Below are positions 8,813-17,506 of a stretch of DNA of 32,000 nt, in pieces. The stretch covers positions 240,001 through 272,000 of the forward strand of contig NZ_CP021983.2 of the NCBI RefSeq assembly GCF_002075285.3, given 5' to 3'. The position numbers and the translations under genes are program-made. The notes under the pieces were generated by a model. That model did not search any database. It was not told the origin of the DNA and saw only the letters and a program-made list of their open reading frames with translations. How positions within the stretch are numbered: position 1 is the first letter of the stretch; every line of letters begins with the position of its first letter. This stretch comes from Halomicronema hongdechloris C2206 (GTDB taxonomy: Bacteria > Cyanobacteriota > Cyanobacteriia > Phormidesmidales > Phormidesmidaceae).

Positions 8813-9697
8813 GTGGCCAAGTTAGTCCCGGCTCAAGTCGAGCAACTGCGAGAGATTGGTGCCTACCTACGTCAGCTGCGGCAACAACAAGGCCGCACCC
8901 TGGAAGAGGTGGCCACTCAAATTTTTATTCGACCGGCTTTACTACATGCCCTAGAAGACGCCAATGCCGAGCTGTTACCAGAACCCGTCTTTGTGCAGGG
9001 GTTTATTCGGCGCTATGGTGATGCCCTGGGAATCAACGGCATTGAGGTGGCCAGCCAGTTCTCAGTCACCCCAGTCGCCGTATTACCAGACCCTGCGGCG
9101 GCAGAGGCTGACGGTGGCAATGGCATCGTCGATAAGCAAACGCAGCATGGCTTGAAGGTGTTGTCTAAGGCTGATCCCCAACCAACATTGACGCGAACTA
9201 AGCTAGCCTGGCTGGGGGGAGGGATAGTTGCGATCGCAGCCATAGCAGGAATCTGGGGATTGACCAGAGCTGGATGGCAGTGGCCCAGTAATTGGAGCGT
9301 GTCCTTACCCGAGCCGAGTCTTCCCGACCCGTCCTCTGAGACTGCCAGTGAGCCACCGGAGCCAACCTCTCCAGACCCGGCAGACTCAGTCACCATCTCT
9401 CCGGCTGAGGAAACCCCGGCCGAGGACCCCACGGCTGCTCCCGTGACCGTTCAGGTGGAATTAACCGCTCCCTCTTGGATGCGAGTCACCGTGGATGGCG
9501 AAACCATCTTCGAGGGGATCATGGGAAGTGGCGAGCAAGAAACCTGGAGTGGCGACCGTGAAGTGAAGCTAGTGGCCGGCAATGCCGGTGGTATCGAGCT
9601 TTCCCTCAATGGCAGTGAGCCCATGCCCTTAGGCGATAGCGGTGATGTCACTACCCTGACCCTGACGCCCACCACCGATCTCAACAGCCTGCGTTAG
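8813..9697 (+). CDS. RodZ-like HTH protein with C-terminal DUF4115-type domain
   Basis: GTG start. It has an N-terminal HTH (LRQLRQQQGRTLEEVATQIFIRPALLHALE), one TM helix, a Pro/Glu/Ser-rich linker and a C-terminal beta domain (VTVDGETIFEG...WSGDREVKLVAGNAGGIELSLNG). Confidence 0.7.
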   Translation: MAKLVPAQVEQLREIGAYLRQLRQQQGRTLEEVATQIFIRPALLHALEDANAELLPEPVFVQGFIRRYGDALGINGIEVASQFSVTPVAVLPDPAAAEADGGNGIVDKQTQHGLKVLSKADPQPTLTRTKLAWLGGGIVAIAAIAGIWGLTRAGWQWPSNWSVSLPEPSLPDPSSETASEPPEPTSPDPADSVTISPAEETPAEDPTAAPVTVQVELTAPSWMRVTVDGETIFEGIMGSGEQETWSGDREVKLVAGNAGGIELSLNGSEPMPLGDSGDVTTLTLTPTTDLNSLR

Positions 9698-9791
9698 TAG
9701 GTGATCCGGTCAGTGGCTGCGGGCTGCAGTCCCCTATCGTTACAATGATTAGCACCTATTTCCTGACCCTTGTGCCCCAGATGCTCGCCCT

Positions 9792-10589
9792 ATGACTCCG
9801 CCCCCTGAGCTAGAGACGGTCGAAGACCGCCCTGCCACTGTCGATCAAGCCCCCAATACCTCTCAGGACAGCGATTGGGACGGTCCCCCTGACGACGTCG
9901 AAATGTCCTTGTTCGATCACCTGGAGGAATTACGCCTGCGTATTTTCCTCTCGCTCATCGCTGTACTGGTGGGGATTATCGGCTGTTTTTTTCAAGTCAA
10001 CCGCATCGTAGAGCTGTTAGAAGTTCCTGCCAAAGGCGCTAAGTTCCTGCAGCTCTCCCCAGGGGAATACTTCTTCGTTTCCCTTAAGGTGGCTGGCTAT
10101 AGTGGCCTGCTGATAGCGAGTCCCTTCATCCTCTATCAGATCATCATGTTCGTGTTGCCAGGGCTGACCCGTCGAGAGCGGAAGCTACTAGGACCCATCG
10201 TGTTAGGCTCCAGTATTTTATTCTTTGCTGGCTTAGTCTTTGCCTACATTGCACTGATTCCAGCCGCCCTAAACTTCTTTATTAGCTATGGCGCTGACGT
10301 CGTCGAACAACTGTGGTCTATTGATCGTTACTTTGAATTTGTCCTGTTGTTGCTATTCAGCACCGGTCTAGCGTTCCAGATTCCGGTGATTCAAGTACTT
10401 CTAGGGCTCTTGGGCATTGCCTCCTCCGACCGCATGTTATCGGGATGGCGCTATGTTCTCTTAGGGGCTGCCATTCTGGGCGCCATCTTAACTCCCTCTA
10501 CCGATCCAATTACCCAAAGTCTTCTGGGTGGAGCCGTGCTGATCTTATACTTCAGTGGCATCGGCATGGTCAAAGCCATCGGTCGATAA
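9792..10589 (+). CDS. tatC: twin-arginine translocase subunit TatC
   Basis: 265-aa ORF. The [15 protein letters not shown] motif and six predicted TM helices are typical of TatC. The start could be an internal Met. Confidence 0.9.
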   Translation: MTPPPELETVEDRPATVDQAPNTSQDSDWDGPPDDVEMSLFDHLEELRLRIFLSLIAVLVGIIGCFFQVNRIVELLEVPAKGAKFLQLSPGEYFFVSLKVAGYSGLLIASPFILYQIIMFVLPGLTRRERKLLGPIVLGSSILFFAGLVFAYIALIPAALNFFISYGADVVEQLWSIDRYFEFVLLLLFSTGLAFQIPVIQVLLGLLGIASSDRMLSGWRYVLLGAAILGAILTPSTDPITQSLLGGAVLILYFSGIGMVKAIGR

Positions 10590-10721
10590 TAGGGCTTTCC
10601 CAGAGGCAATCCTCGAGTAAAACGCCAGCAGGATAACTATGAGGCCATGTAACAAAACCCAGGGAGCCTAGAACATCTTTCCTATAATTGAGATAGCAAG
10701 ACGCTTATGCTCTTCAGAGGT

Positions 10722-10741
10722 CATAGTCAATGTTGACTATG
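10722..10741. promoter_or_regulatory. 20-bp palindrome catagtcaa-tg-ttgactatg upstream of the usp gene (candidate operator)
   Basis: Perfect 9-bp inverted repeat with a 2-nt spacer, in an AT-rich intergenic region about 120 nt upstream of ATG 10860. Confidence 0.35.
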
Positions 10742-10757
10742 GCTAGACGGATTTCTT

Positions 10758-10781
10758 TAGCTGTCTAATTAGCTGTCTAAT
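10758..10781. repeat. Tandem 12-bp direct repeat tagctgtctaat x2 (+tag)
   Basis: Exact duplication at 10758-10769 and 10770-10781, about 80 nt upstream of the usp start. Confidence 0.85.
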
Positions 10782-10859
10782 TAGTAACCTCGACTAGCAT
10801 TTTGAGGCGTCGCTAGAGGTCCGATTTGACGCACACTGCCCCATAGGAGAGGCTCAACC

Positions 10860-11387
10860 ATGTTCCAGAGAATTCTGGTTGCGCTCGACAATTCCGCTTT
10901 GCGGAGCACGGTATTTGACCAAGCCCTATCCTTCGCAGAAAGCACGCAAGCTCAACTCATGCTACTGCATGTATTATCGGCTTACGACGATAGCAGTCCC
11001 GGCTTACCGGTACGGTCTTACCATGCGTATTATCCCGTCCTAGACAGCACTGCTTGGGAAAGTTATCAAAGAGAATGGACCGTCTACGAAGAAGCAGGCC
11101 TAGAGAAACTGCGACAGGAAGCGGCCCGGGCCCGTGAACGCAATATCGACACTGAGTTCACCCAATCAGCCGGGGAACCAACTCAGGTAATTTGTGATTT
11201 GGCGCGCACCTGGAATGCTGATTTAATCGTAATCGGTAGCCGGGGCCGTCGTGGCTTGACAGAACTGCTGCTAGGGAGTGTCAGCAACTATGTGACCCAC
11301 CACGCTCCCTGCTCAGTCCTCGTAGTTCATGGCGGCCAAACCGTTGCTGCCGATAACTCCGAGGAAGCAGTGACGACGACAGCTTAG
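10860..11387 (+). CDS. universal stress protein (UspA family)
   Basis: 175-aa ORF. MFQRILVALDNS... at the N-terminus and ...DLIVIGSRGRRGLTELLLGSVSNYVTHHAPCSVLVV at the C-terminus are the canonical Usp ATP-binding pattern. Confidence 0.85.
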   Translation: MFQRILVALDNSALRSTVFDQALSFAESTQAQLMLLHVLSAYDDSSPGLPVRSYHAYYPVLDSTAWESYQREWTVYEEAGLEKLRQEAARARERNIDTEFTQSAGEPTQVICDLARTWNADLIVIGSRGRRGLTELLLGSVSNYVTHHAPCSVLVVHGGQTVAADNSEEAVTTTA

Positions 11388-11419
11388 CTAGAGCAACCAA
11401 GGCAAACCTCACACCTAGA

Positions 11420-11455
11420 GATATCCTCCCCCAACCTACCCTGGAGGAGGATATC
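11420..11455. other. 10-bp perfect inverted repeat gatatcctcc / ggaggatatc, 33 nt after the usp stop
   Basis: Stem at 11420-11429 and 11446-11455 with a 16-nt loop. No T-run follows, so it is not a canonical intrinsic terminator. Confidence 0.4.
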
Positions 11456-11769
11456 GTCGAGCGCCTTTCCCTAAGCAGCAGCAAAGCAACCAGCACCTCT
11501 GGGCTCAGCGTGTGGCATTGAGCAGTAATATGCCATCTCTATCACTGGGACTGCAGTTGGTCTTTAGGCGGCGTCATCCCGCTCGATATAGAGAAATAGA
11601 AATGCCATTGCAGTGGCAGGGAACACAAGACCTACTAACGGAACCATCACGGACGGCAAAAAGGAAGCAGCCATGGCCTATCTCCACAAAATTATACAGT
11701 TAAAGAATAGACTACTGTGAATTGTCGCCGAATGCTGCATTTTGTTTACACTTTGCGATTTCAGAGTAC

Positions 11770-12198
11770 CTAAGCCTCTGACTGGTAGTGCTTGCAGATA
11801 TGCAGGCAGTTACGATGATCTGCCATGCGCTGATAGGTCATTTGGTCTGCAATCAGATGGATGATTCGCAGGCCCCGCCCCCCCTCGGAATCATGGTTAG
11901 TTGTGCGTAGCTTTCGGGCCAACATGGCCATCAGATCAAATCCTGGCCCTGAATCCCAGATATAAATATCGACCGTGGTTTGGGATATGGTGACCTCGAT
12001 ATCAATCGGGGTGTTCTCGGGTAACCCTTGATGGGCGTGGCGCACAGCATTGGTAAAGCCCTCAATCAAGGCCAACTGACACTGCAACCAGATAGTATGG
12101 GGCAACGATAGCTCTTGGAATTGGTCAAACCAAACTAAGACTGTATTTAGGGCCTTAGGATCGCTCTGGGTGCGAATATCCCGCTTTTGCAACAGCAT
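11770..12198 (-). CDS. anti-sigma regulatory factor / RsbW-SpoIIAB-like serine kinase (HATPase_c)
   Basis: 142-aa ORF with LALIEGFTNAVRHAH (N-box) and WDSGPGFD / GGRGL (G-boxes). Confidence 0.7.
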   Translation of the reverse strand: MLLQKRDIRTQSDPKALNTVLVWFDQFQELSLPHTIWLQCQLALIEGFTNAVRHAHQGLPENTPIDIEVTISQTTVDIYIWDSGPGFDLMAMLARKLRTTNHDSEGGRGLRIIHLIADQMTYQRMADHRNCLHICKHYQSEA

Positions 12199-12226
12199 TA
12201 CTACCTGAGCTACTCGCTATGGTTAA

Positions 12227-12889
12227 CTATGCCCCATCAGTGCGACGGTTGGATCCCGTCGGGGTCATGCCAGGGTGATCACCAGGGGTGGGGATGGTTG
12301 ACTCAACAGTAACCGATAGGGCGGCAGCTACTGCGGCTAAGCAGCGGGAATCACTGACCATCCAAGTATGTCCTAGCACAGGTAGGCTGATGGTTTGACC
12401 TACGGGCACCACAGAACTCTGGGCCGGTAGAATCATCAAATCGAAGGGGGTCCAGAGGGTAGTCATGGCTACATGGGCCAGGCAATGCAGGTCCCGGTTG
12501 AGCTCTTGTAGGAAGCGACTATGGGGTCTTAATTGTTTTGCTCCTCTATTCCAGCGCAAATAGGCGAGGTAGGAGCCTTGGTTAGGCGGCGACAGCGCCA
12601 CAAATCGTTGCACCCGAGTCAGCCCGCCTAGCCGCTGTAAGTAGTAGCGCCCCACGATGCCTCCCATGCTAAAGCCCAGCAGATCAAAGGGTTGCTGGGG
12701 AGGAAGCTGATGCGTGACGTAATCAGCCAGTTGCTGGGCCAATTGCTCTAGTCCCCTATCACCGTTATTGGGGACCAAATCGAATCGATGAAGCGGCCAA
12801 CCCCGGGCTTCCAAATAGGCTGCCATGGAATCGAAGATGGCTTGGGTATCGTCGATTCCGTGAATCAGAATGACCGGATTCTTGCCCAT
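12227..12889 (-). CDS. alpha/beta hydrolase, lipase/PGAP1-like
   Basis: 220-aa ORF. N-terminal PVILIHGI oxyanion-region motif and nucleophile elbow GFSMGG. Confidence 0.7.
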   Translation of the reverse strand: MGKNPVILIHGIDDTQAIFDSMAAYLEARGWPLHRFDLVPNNGDRGLEQLAQQLADYVTHQLPPQQPFDLLGFSMGGIVGRYYLQRLGGLTRVQRFVALSPPNQGSYLAYLRWNRGAKQLRPHSRFLQELNRDLHCLAHVAMTTLWTPFDLMILPAQSSVVPVGQTISLPVLGHTWMVSDSRCLAAVAAALSVTVESTIPTPGDHPGMTPTGSNRRTDGA

Positions 12890-12977
12890 GGGTACAACTG
12901 TGAAAACGATGGCATGAATCCAGGATGCCCCATGGGTTACTCCTCAGTGACGTAACTTGAGCCAGTGGTTGAACTGG

Positions 12978-13241
12978 CTAAGACTGGCGGCTCTCTAGGC
13001 GAAACAGAAAAACCATCAGGGCCACGATCCCGAGCTGCAGCAGAAAGTTGGGCAAGGCCGCGTAGACCTCTCGCCCAGCCAAGATCTGAGTCAAAAAAAT
13101 CACAGCTCCAATGGCACCAGAGGCCCCCACGGCACCATAGACGAACTTACGCAGCCCTCGGTAAGGTGCTTTAACCTCGGCCATGAGCCGGGCATATTTT
13201 TCATCACTCATGCCAGGGGGTTTGGTCGGGCGATCAGCCAT
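12978..13241 (-). CDS. small two-TM membrane protein, DUF3493-like (cyanobacteria/plastid lineage)
   Basis: 87-aa ORF with a charged N-terminus followed by two hydrophobic helices. The family assignment is from memory of the sequence pattern only. Confidence 0.55.
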   Translation of the reverse strand: MADRPTKPPGMSDEKYARLMAEVKAPYRGLRKFVYGAVGASGAIGAVIFLTQILAGREVYAALPNFLLQLGIVALMVFLFRLESRQS

Positions 13242-13382
13242 GGCAGATCTCTGGACGACACCTTTCCATTGTGACAGGTCCAGTTCCCCAGCCCAGATAA
13301 GCTCGCTAAATTCCTAATTTGCCCAGCAACTTTCCCTCCATGACTCCGGACAACCGCAGGGATCTGGGGTAAACTAACTCAC

Positions 13383-13401
13383 TAGTACATATATAGTACA
13401 T
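13383..13401. promoter_or_regulatory. Probable LexA operator: TAGTACAT-ata-TAGTACAT
   Basis: Two exact 8-mers containing GTAC cores, 14 nt upstream of the lexA ATG and overlapping a TATATA (-10-like) stretch. GTAC-containing LexA boxes are described for cyanobacteria, although the spacing here (GTAC-N7-GTAC) differs from the consensus I remember. Confidence 0.45.
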
Positions 13402-13414
13402 TTGATCTGTCTCT

Positions 13415-14041
13415 ATGGTTCTTTCCCTCAATGACCGGCAATTGCTGGAAGGCCTGAAGCATCTTATTGCCCAGCATGGCTATTCGCCCACCATTCGTGA
13501 GCTGGAGACGCATTTGGGGATATCCTCACGCTCGGCGCTTCAGAATACCCTAGAGCGGCTACGGCAGCAGGGATGTCTTACCTGGCAGCTGGGGCGAGCC
13601 CGCACCTACCAATTACTCGCAGCAAATCTACCGTTGCAGGGCACCATCCAAGCCGGCTATCTGGTAGAGCATCCCACCGATACCCTGGAATATGTCTGGG
13701 TTCTGCCGGAGCACCCAGGGCAGCGCTACTTAGCTCAAGATTATGCCCTCAAGGTTTGTGGCGATAGCATGATTGACTTACAGATTTGCCAAGGGGATTT
13801 GGTGGTGATGCGGCCGACCAATGATCTGTGGAGCATAAAGGCGGGGCAGGTGGCAGCAGTCTGGATCGAGGGGGAAGGAGCCACTCTGAAACGCCTATAT
13901 TACCGAGAAGGCGATGCCTCAGTGATTCTAGAGTCAGGGAATCAGCATTGTCCCCGGCGTCAACTGTCCCGACATCAGATCGGCTTGCTAGGGGTATTAG
14001 TCAGTTCTCCTCAGAATTACTGGTATTCTGACCGTGGCTAG
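13415..14041 (+). CDS. lexA: LexA repressor (S24 peptidase)
   Basis: 208-aa ORF. N-terminal wHTH (GYSPTIRELETHLGISSRSALQNTLERL), a potential Ala-Gly cleavage site (IQAGY), catalytic GDSM serine and TLKR lysine. Confidence 0.85.
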   Translation: MVLSLNDRQLLEGLKHLIAQHGYSPTIRELETHLGISSRSALQNTLERLRQQGCLTWQLGRARTYQLLAANLPLQGTIQAGYLVEHPTDTLEYVWVLPEHPGQRYLAQDYALKVCGDSMIDLQICQGDLVVMRPTNDLWSIKAGQVAAVWIEGEGATLKRLYYREGDASVILESGNQHCPRRQLSRHQIGLLGVLVSSPQNYWYSDRG

Positions 14042-14636
14042 GGGACAGCACCCCAGCAAAAGGAACATTGCCGTCAATTTGCCAGCGTTGTCCATCGTGG
14101 CGTAGCAGGGTGAGGTGGGACGCGACAAACTCTGCCTGGAAGGAACGCTGCCGAAACTCAGGCCAGGCCTGTCGAAAGGCCTTGGGTGTGAGATCGCGAA
14201 AGCCCACGGTCAGATGAGGTGTGAAGGCGCGTCGTTTGGATTTCTCGTCGCTAATACCTAGCCGCTCGGCTAATGCCTGCATCACTGCTGGCTGACTGGC
14301 CATGAGTGCCGGGGTCTTAGCCACATGAATAAAAATCACCCGGGGCGGGAAGGCCCCAAACCCGGATAGCTGGATGGGAATCGGAGCATGCTCTTGGGCA
14401 ATGGCACTGAGATGCTCCAGGAGAGACTCGTACCGATTCAAAGGCCAGCGAAAGGGAGGCTGTAGGGTAATGTGGGGTGGTGACCTCAGGGCCGCTCGAC
14501 TCTGGTAGCGATCGCATATCTCCTGTTTGATGGCCGTTATCTGCTCCTGCAACGGCAGTGGTGGCAGCAGGGCAATAAACCATCGCGGGGTATCGTCGGG
14601 CTGCGGGGAATTCTGGATTGGGGGCTGGTGTTCCAT
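14001..14636 (-). CDS. 2H phosphoesterase / 2'-5' RNA ligase family protein
   Basis: 211-aa ORF with two HxT motifs (PHITLQPPF and PHLTVGF). Its 3' end overlaps the lexA 3' end by 41 nt (convergent). Confidence 0.75.
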   Translation of the reverse strand: MEHQPPIQNSPQPDDTPRWFIALLPPLPLQEQITAIKQEICDRYQSRAALRSPPHITLQPPFRWPLNRYESLLEHLSAIAQEHAPIPIQLSGFGAFPPRVIFIHVAKTPALMASQPAVMQALAERLGISDEKSKRRAFTPHLTVGFRDLTPKAFRQAWPEFRQRSFQAEFVASHLTLLRHDGQRWQIDGNVPFAGVLSPSHGQNTSNSEEN

Positions 14637-14735
14637 GTTGGTGGTAGGAGAATCTGGTTTACCCTAGATCTGCTGGTGACGAATAGCGCCCGCTAGGTCT
14701 ACAGAAAGCCTGAGCTTATCCACAGAGGGGACCAC

Positions 14736-15002
14736 ATGCCTTGGTTCGTCAAAATCGAGCGGGGAATTGTCAATAAAGCCATCTTTGATCAGCACGTTCC
14801 GGCTCATATGGCCTATGTTAAGGATCTAGTTGCCAAGGGTCATCAGGCCCGCAGTGGCTATTGGGCCGAGCGCGGCGGTGGCATGCTCTTGTTTCAGGCC
14901 GAGTCTCTCGAGGATGCTGAGGCAATCGTTGCCGCTGACCCCCTAATTGCCAACCACTGTGTCGAGTATGAACTGCACCAGTGGTGCATTGTCGTCGAGT
15001 AA
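14736..15002 (+). CDS. YciI-like protein
   Basis: 88-aa ORF. The HxxY..L...G...SG...... AES.EEA..I...DP pattern is typical of the YCII domain. Confidence 0.7.
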   Translation: MPWFVKIERGIVNKAIFDQHVPAHMAYVKDLVAKGHQARSGYWAERGGGMLLFQAESLEDAEAIVAADPLIANHCVEYELHQWCIVVE

Positions 15003-15010
15003 GAACAGCC

Positions 15011-15481
15011 ATGGCAGACCCCAGTAGCGGCTATAAAGTCATTAGCGATAATCGCCAGGCCCGTTACCACTATGAAATCCTGGAGAGCTATGAGGCCGGC
15101 ATTGCCCTCACCGGGACTGAGGTGAAATCGATCCGGGCCGGCAAGGTGAACCTGCGGGATGGCTTTGCCCAGATCCGCGATGGGGAGGTCTGGCTGCACA
15201 ATGTTCATATTTCTCCCCACAGTGGCACGAATCCGGCCTACAATCACGAGCCCCGCCGCAGCCGTAAGTTGCTCTTGCATGGCTATGAGATTCGCAAGCT
15301 CATTGGCAAGGTGGAGCAAAAGGGGCTGACCCTAGTGCCCTTGAAGATGTACCTGAAGCGAGGCATGGTCAAAGTCAACCTGGCTCTGGTGCGCGGTAAA
15401 AAACTCCACGACAAGCGGGAGACTCTGAAGCGCAAGCAGGCCAAGCGTGAGATTGAACGGGCGCTAAAGGGCAATTACTAA
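15011..15481 (+). CDS. smpB: SsrA-binding protein SmpB
   Basis: KVISDNRQARYHYEILESYEAGIALTGTEVKSIRAGKVNLRDGF... is the conserved SmpB core. I chose ATG 15011 (MADPSSGYK) rather than the upstream in-frame Met at 14981, which overlaps the YciI-like gene. Confidence 0.9.
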   Translation: MADPSSGYKVISDNRQARYHYEILESYEAGIALTGTEVKSIRAGKVNLRDGFAQIRDGEVWLHNVHISPHSGTNPAYNHEPRRSRKLLLHGYEIRKLIGKVEQKGLTLVPLKMYLKRGMVKVNLALVRGKKLHDKRETLKRKQAKREIERALKGNY

Positions 15482-15514
15482 TCGACTACTAATATCGACT
15501 ACTCATCGACTACT
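15482..15514. repeat. Three tandem copies of tcgactact (spacing 13 and 11 nt)
   Basis: Copies at 15482-15490, 15495-15503 and 15506-15514, between the smpB stop and the stop of the convergent ATP-grasp gene. The last copy overlaps that gene's final codons. Confidence 0.85.
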
Positions 15515-17084
15515 CATCAAAGGCTGCTGTTTCCCGATCTAGGGCAGCCACCACCTGGTCGTAGATGGCCCCGGCAGCGGCGGGGGTATTGCCGATGCAG
15601 GTAATGCCCAGCTTGCCGTATTCCGAGAGGCACCCCATGAGGTGAAAGGCGGCCCCAGTGCCGTAACTGGAATTGAAATGCAGCCGATGACTGATGATGA
15701 TATCCATCAAGTCACTCGGGAGCAGGCCTCGATAGGCAGGCTTTTGTAGGTTATCGGAGGCGCGGTAAAATTTGGGCTGGCCGTTGCGGGTGTAGAACAT
15801 ACCGTCCTCTGGCTCGTAGCGCCCCTCGACCAATAGCTTTAGGGCCATGAAGGGGTGGGTGGTGCCGCCCTTTCGCAGGTTGATTTCGATGGCCTGCAGT
15901 TGCCAGGGTTGGGGACTACCGGGGGGTTGGCGTACGGCAATGAAGTCGACCCCATAGCGCTCTAGGGCTCCTTTAGCAGCCAGGGCTTGACCGATGCGTC
16001 GTCCCATTTCCTGGAGTTCCAGGCGGTAGTCGGCGTCGGCAGGAAAGGTGCAGCCCAAGAAGATCTGGCCATCGGGACCGCCTAAGACTTGATCGTGGGT
16101 AGAGAGGATCTCGACCTCGGCCTGGGGAGTAATGCGCCCCTGCACACTGGGGGAGCGTTTGCTGTCACCTTCGATGAAGGCCTCTGCGATCGCACCTAAC
16201 TCCCGCACCTTGGTGTAGAAATGCGCCCAAGTCTCGATGGGGCATTGAAATCGCAGCTGGCTAAAGGCCTGTTGCAGCGCCTCCACCCGCTCCCGCCGGG
16301 AGGCTTCCCCTGGGGCGACTGCGGCCAACGGCGCCAACTCTAGCAGGGCATTGCCTTCCCCCGAGAAGCCCTGGTTGAGTTTGATCACAATCCGCCGGAG
16401 GTGGGGCTGCCGCTGCCACAGATCGGCGGTGACCTCAGCCAAGTCTGCCTGAGTCCACACCAATTCACTGCCATCGGGATGGGGAATGCCACATTCGGCG
16501 AAGATCTCTCGGCTACCGCTCTTAGTGCCCCAGTAGAGCAGATCAGGATCTAGGGCCAAGAGGGGGATGCCTAGGGCTAAGGAGAGATCTCGCTCCAGAG
16601 AGGTGGAGTTGAAGCACACCATGTAAGCCTGATCGGGATCTAGACTCTTGCGGATCTGAGCCAGCAGCCGCGGCCGTTCCAGCAGCTTTTGGGTGAGGGG
16701 TTTTTTGGAGGAATCGTAGGTGGAGAAGAGCTGCAGCCGATCCCGGGCATGGGCACTGGGAATCCCGGGCAATAGCTCTAGATAGTAATCGATGATGCTG
16801 GGATGCAAGGGCTGCGAGGTGACATAGGTCAGTCGCGTCTGGGGATTGCGCAGCCGAATCAGCGCGAACAGCAGCCGCTCTTCATAGTGGTGCACCCCAG
16901 CGATTTTCTCGAGTTCTTGTTGGTCTAAGCTGAGGGATGGCACCACCAGAATCTGGCGTTCCTGCAGATCAAATTCATCAATGGGCCGCCAGCGACTGCT
17001 GAGTTGGGCCTGCAGGCGGCGAAATTCTGATTCCTGAGTCACCAATGGCTTCGGCGATACATTAATGACCATGGCTGCTAGCAC
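15510..17084 (-). CDS. ATP-grasp peptide-ligase-like protein (PGM1-related family)
   Basis: 524-aa ORF. The N-terminal pre-ATP-grasp region (..ILVVPSLSLDQQELEKIAGVHHYEERLLF..) and C-terminal ATP-grasp-like region resemble the conserved cyanobacterial PGM1-like family. The start could be the Met at MVINVSPK. Confidence 0.65.
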   Translation of the reverse strand: MLAAMVINVSPKPLVTQESEFRRLQAQLSSRWRPIDEFDLQERQILVVPSLSLDQQELEKIAGVHHYEERLLFALIRLRNPQTRLTYVTSQPLHPSIIDYYLELLPGIPSAHARDRLQLFSTYDSSKKPLTQKLLERPRLLAQIRKSLDPDQAYMVCFNSTSLERDLSLALGIPLLALDPDLLYWGTKSGSREIFAECGIPHPDGSELVWTQADLAEVTADLWQRQPHLRRIVIKLNQGFSGEGNALLELAPLAAVAPGEASRRERVEALQQAFSQLRFQCPIETWAHFYTKVRELGAIAEAFIEGDSKRSPSVQGRITPQAEVEILSTHDQVLGGPDGQIFLGCTFPADADYRLELQEMGRRIGQALAAKGALERYGVDFIAVRQPPGSPQPWQLQAIEINLRKGGTTHPFMALKLLVEGRYEPEDGMFYTRNGQPKFYRASDNLQKPAYRGLLPSDLMDIIISHRLHFNSSYGTGAAFHLMGCLSEYGKLGITCIGNTPAAAGAIYDQVVAALDRETAAFDE

Positions 17085-17506
17085 CTTCTAACGCTGTGGT
17101 GGATGGCGAAATCCCTAGCAGGAATCTGGTTCGAGTATAGGCGATGGTCAAAGACCTACCCCCCTGCCACTGGGATTTCGTTCATGATGTCATCACGCTG
17201 CACCCCACCTGCTGACGGATATCTTCATGAGTCTATCCTAGGCCGGTGGGGTGATGACAGCCGGTGAAGACGGTCACCTTCTGAAGCTTCAACTTAGAGG
17301 ATCCCGCTTCCGGGAAGTCTCGCCTCTTTCTGCTAGCCCAATTCTATGGCTACCGTCCTCGGCTCGGGGCGATGCTCCCCCAGCTAGCGTAGATGTATTG
17401 AGTATTACAATCTTCGCGGTCAAATCACCTCACCATCAGGAGAAAGCCATGCCCACACCGCCACTGCAGGCAAGAGGGGACTCACTCTGGGAGGGCTGAT
17501 GACACC

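Noticed and set aside
11420-11455. Intrinsic terminator for the usp gene.
   Set aside because: A perfect 10-bp stem is present, but the loop is 16 nt and no T-run follows on either strand. It is kept only as an inverted repeat.
17251-17499. 82-aa ORF upstream of the response regulator. Similar doubtful small ORFs lie at 11512-11703 and 902-1084.
   Set aside because: None has a family resemblance or a convincing start or RBS, and their composition is not protein-like. All lie in regions better explained as regulatory or noncoding.
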